Positions 56,745 to 64,000 of a DNA stretch of 64,000 nt are shown piece by piece. The DNA is taken from contig NC_135830.1 in the NCBI RefSeq assembly GCF_964213995.1, forward strand, positions 19,344,001 through 19,408,000. The letters run 5' to 3'. Within the stretch, counting starts at the first letter, position 1. Every line of letters starts with the position of its first letter. This DNA is from Mustelus asterias (taxonomy: Eukaryota). The position numbers were made by a program, and so were the translations under genes. Under the pieces are notes generated by a model. The model saw only the letters and a list, made by a program, of their open reading frames with translations. It was not told the DNA's origin and did not search any database.

Positions 56745-59700
56745 GAGGTGCCGGAGGACTGGAGGACAGTCATGTGGTATCATTATTCCTGACCGGAGGA
56801 AAGGATAAATCAGGAAACGCCAGGCATGTCTGTCCAGCTTCAGTGATGGAAAACAATTGGAAGCAATTCTGATAAAAGGAATTCATCGGCAGTTGGAGAG
56901 GCAGAGATTAATCACGAATAGTCAGCATGGCTTTATTAAGAGGAGTCATCCATTCCTTGCTTGCTCAAAAAAAACAAATTTAAAATAAAATTGAATTCAA
57001 TTCATGGTTTCCACAAGAGAGAAAAGACATATCCAAGCTGACAAGATAAGGCATTGCATCCCATTATAAGAACATAGGAATTAGGAGTAAGAGTAGGCAA
57101 TTCAGCCCTTCCAGACCCCTCCGCCAATCTATATGATCATGGCCTATCTCCATCTCCTCCTAACTTCACTTCCCTGCCTTTTCCCCATAGCCATTTATCC
57201 CGCTTTTGGTCAATCTGTCTCTTTCTTGAATCCATTGATGCATTCTGCATCCACTGCACTCTGGGACAGTGAGTTCCATAGATCCGCAACCCTCTGTGAG
57301 AAGTAGCTTCTCCTAATCTTTGTCTCGAACCTCCCACCCCACCCTCCCATCCCTTATCTACAACTATGACCTCTTGACCTAGACTGTTCTAGAAGGGGAA
57401 ACATTTGACCAACATTTACTTTCCCAATCCCGTTGAGTGTTTTATATATCTCAAGCAAATCTCCCCCTCATTCTTCAGTACGCCAGCGAGTATAAGGCCA
57501 AGCTACTAAACCGCTCCTCATACGGGAGCCCCTTCAAGATACTGATGTGACCACATCTGGAATACCGTCACCAGTTTTGGGCCTCTTAGTTAAGGACATA
57601 GGTTAATACATTGGAGAAAATTCAGGGAAGGTTTACAAGCATGATCCCCAGTATGGAGGGATGGTCTTATGAGGAATGGTTCAACAGGAAGTATTCTACT
57701 CACTGGAATTTAAAAGAATGAGAGGTGATCTCATTGAAATATATAGGATTATTGAGGGGCTTGACAGGGTACATGCTGAGAGGATGTTTCCCTTATTGGG
57801 AGAATCCAGGCCCAGAGGGAACAGTCTCAGAATAAAGGGATGCCAATTGAAAACTGAGATAGAACATAGAAATAAATACAGCACAAACAGGCCCTTCGGC
57901 CCACAAGTTGCGCCGGTCATGTCCCTACCTACCTAGGCTTATATATAGGCTTACCTATACCCCTCAATCCTATTAAGTCCCATGTACTCATCCAGCAGTC
58001 TCTTAAAATACCTTATCGAGTTTCCCTCCACCATCACTGACGGCAGCCGATTCCACGAACACACCACCCTCTGAATGAAAAACCTACGCCTGACATCTCC
58101 TCTGTACCTACTCCCCAGCACCTTAAACCTGTGTCCTCTCGCAGCAGCCATTTCAGCCCTGGGAAAAAGCCTCCGAGAATCCACCCGATCTATACCTCTC
58201 AACATCTTGTACACCTCTATCAGGTCACCTCTCATCTTTCGTCTCTCCAAGGAAAAAAGACCGAGCTCCCTCAACCTATCCTCATAAGGCATGCCAACCA
58301 ATCCAGGCAACATCCTTGTAAATCTTCTCTGCACCCTTTCAATAATTTCCACATCCCTCCTGTAATGAGGCGACCAGAACTGAGCACAGTACTCTAAGTC
58401 GGGTCTGACGAGGGTCTAATCAAGCTGCATCATTATCTCCCTACTCCTAAACTCAATCCCTCGATTGATGAAGGCCAGCACACCATACGTCTTCTTAACC
58501 ACCTCCTCTACCTGCGAGGCCGATTTAAGAGTCCTATGGACCCGGACCCCAAGGTCCGTCTGATCATCTACACTGCTAAGAGTCTTACCCTTGATATTAT
58601 ACTCCTTCATCCCAGTTGACCTGCCAAAATGGACCACTACACATTTATCCAGATTGAAGTCCCCCTGCCACTTCTCCGCCCAGTCTTGCATCCTATCTAT
58701 GTCACGCTGCAGCTTCTGACATTCCTCCAAACTATCCACAACACCACCAACCTTCGTGTCGTCGGCAAACTTACCAACCCATCCCTCCACTTCCTTATCC
58801 AGGTCATTTATGAAAATGACAAACATCAATAGTCCCAGAACAAATCCCTGGGGCACTCCACTGGTGACCGACCTCCATTCAGGAAAAGACCCATCTACAA
58901 CCACTCTCTGCCTTCTGCAGGCAAGCCAGTTCTGGATCCACAAGGCAACAGCCCCTTGGATCCCATGCCCTCTCACTTTCTCGAGAAGTCTTGCATGGGG
59001 GACCTTATCGAACGCCTTGCTGAAGTCTATGTAAACCACATCTACCGCTTTTACATCAACAATGTGTTTAGCCACATTTTCAAAGAACTCCACCAGGCTC
59101 GTAAGGCACGATTTGCCTTTGACAAAGCCGTGCTGACTGCTTTTGAGCATACTAAACTTCACTAAATGTTCATAAATCCTATCCCTCAGGATCTTCTCCA
59201 TCAACTTACCAACCACTGAGGTTAGACTCACCGGTCAATAATGTCCTGGGCTATCTCTATTCCCTTTCTTGAATATAGGAACCACATCCGCAGTCCTCCA
59301 ATCCTCCGGAACCTCTCCCGCCTCCATCGACGACGCAAAGATCATCGCCAGAGGCTCTGCAATCTCTTCCCTCGCCTCCCACAGTACCCTGGGGTACATC
59401 CCAACCGGTCCCGGCGACTTATCTATCTTGATGCTATTCGAAATTTCCAACAGATCCTCTTTCTTAATGTCCACATACTCAATCTTTTCAGTCCACCGCA
59501 ATCCTGTAGTACAACCACCCAGGTCTTTTTCCACCGTGAATACCGAGGTAAAATATTCATTAAGCACCTCTGCTATTTCTTCCGGTTCTGTACAGACTTT
59601 CTCACCTTCACATTTTATAGGTCCTATTCCTTCACATCTCATCCTTTTACTCTTCACATATTTATAGATGAGGAGCAATTTCTTCTTTCTGAGGGTCGTG

Positions 59701-59930
59701 AGTCTTTGGAACTCATTGCTCCAGAGAACTGTGGTGGTAGAGTCATTGTGTATATTTAAGGCTGAGATAGATAGATTTTTGATCAATAAGTGAATCAAGG
59801 GTCACAGGGAAAGGGCAGGAAAGTGAAGGTGAGGAATGTTGGATTAGCCACGATTCCATTATATGACAGAGCAGGCTCGAGAGGCCGAGAGGCTTTATCC
59901 TGATCCTATTTCATAAGGTCTTATGGTTAA
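56745..59930. mobile_element. Nest of CR1 fragments; a minus-strand CR1 (57861-59665) sits inside an older plus-strand CR1
   Basis: ORFs 59235-59798, 58416-59231 and 57951-58352 are consecutive RT pieces. The host sequence AAAACTGAGAT|GAGGAGCAATTTCTTC is split, with AGAT on both sides. Confidence 0.9.
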
Positions 59931-60416
59931 AGCCTGGTTACTTTAAGCCAAAAACACTGGGCTGTCAATTGTGTCAGAAAACATTCAGTCGAAAGGAAAA
60001 TAAACATTGATGTAACTAAAGAGTGTAATCGGTACATTGTGAAACGTATTAATTTTCTACAAACTCTGTCCCATCCAGCAACACGTTCTAATCATATAGA
60101 CACTATGCACTGGCTGTGATAAATGGGACACAGAGAGTAGAGGTTGAGATTCTGTTGCTCCTTAATTCTGATAGACATGAAAAGATCATGAAAATACAAA
60201 ACGTGAGTGAGCGCATAATATATTGTTTTACGAAATTATTTTCCAGCCCAAATGAAAGTCAAAACCTACCTAATACAATTCTTCAGTTGCTGTTCACCTG
60301 TTCTTTTTGAATGTTGTGTTGTGATATATTAGTAACGGTGCTGAACTCTCACAGACGAAGTAATTGTTTCAGCTTATCACTGAGCTGCTGATCACTAACT
60401 GGAACCCCCAGCCTCC

Positions 60417-60456
60417 AGTTTTTGTCCGGGGTTCTCTTTATCTCTGCACCAATGTG
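60417..60456 (-). promoter_or_regulatory. RSS with 24-nt spacer
   Basis: CACATTG-24-ACAAAAACT. Confidence 0.75.
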
Positions 60457-61346
60457 GGCTTCATGGCACAGAAGTACACGGCGCTGTCAGACAGAAGCAT
60501 TCCGACGATATCCGGTGGTGGTATAGTGGTATTGTCACTGGATTAGTAATTGGGAGACCCAGGATAATGCACTGGAGGCCTGGGTTCGAATCCCACCATG
60601 GTAGGGATAAACATTTGGAATTAAGGCTGGAATGTTGGGCGGCACGGTAGCACAGTGGTTAGCACTGCGGCTTCACAGCTCCAGCGACCTGGGTTCGATT
60701 CCCGGCTTGGGTCACTGTCTGTGTGGAGTTTGCACATTCTCCTCGTGTCTCCGTGGGTTTCCTCCGGGTGCTCCGGTTTCCTCCTACAGTCTAAAGATGT
60801 GCGGGTTAGGTTGATTGGCCATGCTAAAATTGCCCCTTAGTGTCCTGGGGTGCGTAGATTAGAGGGATTAGCGGTGGAATATGGGGGTAGGGCCTGGGTG
60901 GGATTGTGGTCGATGCAGACTCGATGGGCCGAATGGCCTCTTTCTGTACTGTAGGGTTTCTATGATTTCTGTGATATTTAAAAGGACCGTTTTGTTTCCT
61001 TTGTGCAAAGCAGCAGAAAATCTATCCGAAGAATTTTCAGACGTGTCTCCCGTGCCATATATATTCAATAAATATTTCGGAGCTTCCCTGGGAGATTGGA
61101 TGTACCAGAACAGAGTCGGAGCACCAGCTGTCGAGTAACTGCAGTCCAGTGTTATGGTCTGTCCTTCCTGAACCGTCAATTCAGGGGGATCTTGGGACAC
61201 TTCATCTTTGCCATTGGTTCCTGCAACAAATTACAGAATTTATTAAAACTCTGGTCGTGAACGCTGGGAACAGACAGTGGCTATTTAAACACAGGCTCAC
61301 CGGGCAGAAAAACCAACAGTATTAGCAAAGAAAATTGGGAGAACAT
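60457..61346 (-). pseudogene. TCR alpha/delta V gene disrupted in FR3 by SINE insertions (leader 61346-61301, V exon from 61220)
   Basis: MFSQFSLLILLVFLP-G|GTGAGC..TTGCAG|TNGKDEVSQDPP..TLDCSY..LFWYIQSP..DRFSAAL..LLNITE, then SINEs at about 60513-60968, then DIVGMLLSDSAVYFCAMKP. Confidence 0.88.
60513..60968 (+). mobile_element. tRNA-derived SINE head (about 60513-60605) followed by a full V-SINE (60637-60968)
   Basis: GGTATAGTGGT...GGGTTCGAATCCCACC, then GGGCGGCACGGTAGCACAGTGG...GGTTTCTATGATTT. Confidence 0.85.
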
Positions 61347-62459
61347 GCTTTCTGCTTAAGGGTTCCACAAAATCAGCAGAATTGTAAAAATATGCCAACT
61401 CTTGTACTCTGATGTGAAGAAGTAATTTTATATCATGGGCAGGCCTCATTTATTGGGAAACCAAGGAGCGTTGTCCAATTACAGGGTTGGCTTGTTTCTC
61501 AGCGTTGTCAAGACTTGGCCACCGAACAACGTTGGCTGTAGCCCAATGACTTTATCTGACTGTTTCTCTGTCTGCTCCTGTCCGCCTTTCTCTGCGCTTC
61601 CGGTTCTCTGTTCGAATCGGTTCATCCTGCACTCTCAATCGTTTGGCCACTACTGTCTGTCTCCTCTCTCTGTGTCTCAGAGCACCTCTCTCCCTCAACC
61701 CTGTTCCAAGAAAGTGCAGAATGTAGAACATGCAATCTCTCCCAGTCTCCCATTTCAATAAATTCCCCAAGACCCATTAGGGGATAGCTGATATATTGGA
61801 CAAAATATAATAACGACAACTCTGAGAAAAGTTTAAAATTGAAGCAGGTATACTGAAATCTGACATTCTATCAGACAAATGTGAGTTCGGTGTCACATTT
61901 ACATCCTCTGGGCGTGTGGACAGAACTTTATTAAGAGTTTGAATCGTATCTGTATTGCTCTGGTTTCAAATTGTGTAACACGAGTATAGTTTAACAGAAA
62001 AGCCTGGGACATTCAAAGCAGACAAAGCAATTGATGAGGATTCAAACTGAAGTTCGCATTAGTTCCGCGCATGGGTCCACCTGAATTTAAGTATAAATAG
62101 GAACAATAGGAACAAGAAAAAGTACAGCCGCATAATCGTGGAACAAGATCTTTCAGTAATCTGAGAATTCACTAATCTCCCGAGAAGAGGCCATTTACCT
62201 CACATCACCACCAGACGGAGCCTCTTCACCGTGTTGTTGTGTTCCCTGTATCGGGAGCGGGTTTCATCACATACCGATATGATCGGGAGCCATAATCCAG
62301 GAGTATTGGATGAATTGTTGGATTACACAGTAAAATGATAAAGAACAGTAATGGAGGATACCTGATTTAATTGTTGGATTACACAATGATATGTTAAGGC
62401 GCAGAAATCCAGGAGAACTGGATTAGTTCCTGGATTACACAGTGATATTTAACAGAGCA

Positions 62460-63490
62460 GATATGGGTGCTAAGTTTACTGACGACACAAAGATAGATAG
62501 GAAAATAAATGGTGAAGAGGATGTAAGGAGGCGATAAAGGGACATAAATAGGTTAAATGAATTGGCAAAGCTCCGCCAAATTGATTATAAATGCGGAAAT
62601 GTCCATTTTGGCATGATGAATATAAAATACACTTAATCTCTAAATAGTGAGACATCACAAATTTCTGAGGTACTGAGGGATTTGGCTATCCTCGGGCGTG
62701 AACCAAGAGGGGCTACTGTGCAGGTATAGCAATTAATTAGAAATGTCATAAAATGTTACCATTTATTACGAGGGAATGTATTATTAAATAGGAAGGTAAA
62801 GATTCATAAGATATAGGAGCAGAATTAGGCCATTCGATCATTGAGTCCGCTCCGCCATTCGATCATGGCTGATATGCCTCTCATCCCCATTTTCCTGCTT
62901 TCTCCCCATAACCCTCCAATTACCAATTAAAAATCTGCCTAACTGCTCCTTAAATTTACTCACTGTTCCACCATCCACCGCACTTTGGAGTAGCGAATTC
63001 CACAGATTTACAACACTTTGGGAGAAGTAGTTTCTCCTCAACTCTTTTAAATTTGCTATCCTTATCCTAAGACTATGACCTCTCGAACTAGAATGCCCCA
63101 CAAGAGGAAGCACCGGCTTCACGTCTACTTTATTCATATCTTTCATCATCTTGTCTACCTCAATTTGATCTCTCCCCCCCCCCCCCCCCCCCATTCTTCT
63201 AAATTCCGGTATCTTTCCGTTGTACAGGGCATTGGTGAGACCACATCTGGAGCATTTTGCACAATACTTTTTCCTTATCGATAGAAAGATGATAATGCGT
63301 TAGAAAACGTTCAGAGAAGGTTTGCAATAGTATTACCAGGTATGAGCGGGTTACCTGTATCAGCGGAAAGGATACTGATGCTGGCTTTGTATCCAATGGA
63401 GTTTCGAAGATTCAGAGATAACTTTATTGAAACCTTTAAAACCCTAAAGGATATTAACGGTGAGGATGTGGAGCGGATGGTTACTCGTGC
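62460..63490. mobile_element. Old plus-strand CR1 RT fragment with a nested minus-strand CR1 3' end (about 62808-63205)
   Basis: Decayed KFTDDTK and LVRPHLEH motifs; reverse RRNYFSQSVVNLWNSL. Confidence 0.75.
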
Positions 63491-63806
63491 CGTGTTGTAG
63501 CTGTACTGGATATTTCTGGGGCTTTGTATTTCTCGGCGTGTATATATCTCGGCGCTTGGTTCTGCATCTGTTTACAATGCGGTTGTACTGTCCACGGGAG
63601 GGCTCTCTCTGGTCGCTTACCAAACATCACAGTCGCCTTCTGCAGAGAGTGACTATTTGCAGATATAAAAATGGGCGGGGGAAATAAATCCCAGCCAGTC
63701 GCATCACGCCTTGTTGATTCTTTCAATTTCTCACATTCCAGGTCCGGTACAGGCGGAAATCATTGTTTCTGTTTCTGGAGCTCAGACTGGAAGGCTCGCA
63801 GTGAAA

Positions 63807-64000
63807 ATGTTCCTGACTCTGGTTATTGTTCTGATCACAGGTCAGTGATTCTGATCACATATTGCAAAGTATGTTGCAAACCTTGTGCTATTTCCCTTTC
63901 CCATCTCTCTGTGACTACTGTCTTCTTCTGCCTCCTAACCCACTGTGTGTCCGCTGTTTATTTCCAGAGATGAGTAACGGAGACTCAGTCTCCCAGTCAG
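63807..64000 (+). CDS. Start of another TCR V segment (leader 63807-63840, intron 63841-63967, V exon from 63968; runs off the window)
   Basis: MFLTLVIVLIT-G|GTCAGT...TTTCCAG|AG ATG AGT AAC GGA GAC TCA GTC TCC CAG, giving EMSNGDSVSQ. Confidence 0.72.

Noticed and set aside
62208-62221. CTCF-like CCACCAGACGGAGC
   Set aside because: Two core mismatches and no supporting context.

Overview
Eukaryotic DNA from a cartilaginous fish, inferred from HE1/V-SINE-type SINEs, CR1/HER1-type LINEs and a GPR139-like receptor. It covers what looks like the edge of a T-cell receptor alpha/delta V-segment region; no D, J or C segments are visible. From left to right: (1) the 3' end of a GPR139-like GPCR (1-173); (2) about 12 kb of repeats with decayed tRNA genes, including an intron-containing tRNA-Pro(CGG), and a divergent pair of CTCF-like sites; (3) three plus-strand TCR V pseudogenes (13-19 kb); (4) a 35 kb head-to-tail array (19539-54461) of twelve ~2.46 kb units, each with a minus-strand TRAV-like gene; (5) one intact conventional V (+), one SINE-disrupted V (-) and the start of another V (+). 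In the array genes the leader and V region form one intronless exon, yet a germline 23-bp-spacer RSS is retained. They differ mainly by replacement changes in CDR1, while the CDR2 peptide is invariant. Their heptamers run from CACAGTG (copies 1-4) to CACACTG (7 copies), and in copy 8 the heptamer is replaced by a perfect 14-bp hairpin arm, consistent with template switching. Unit-specific insertions are a 333-bp U2-snRNA-headed, highly structured SINE-like element with a 16-17 bp target-site duplication and two young CR1 LINEs. All calls are read by eye; no database search was run.
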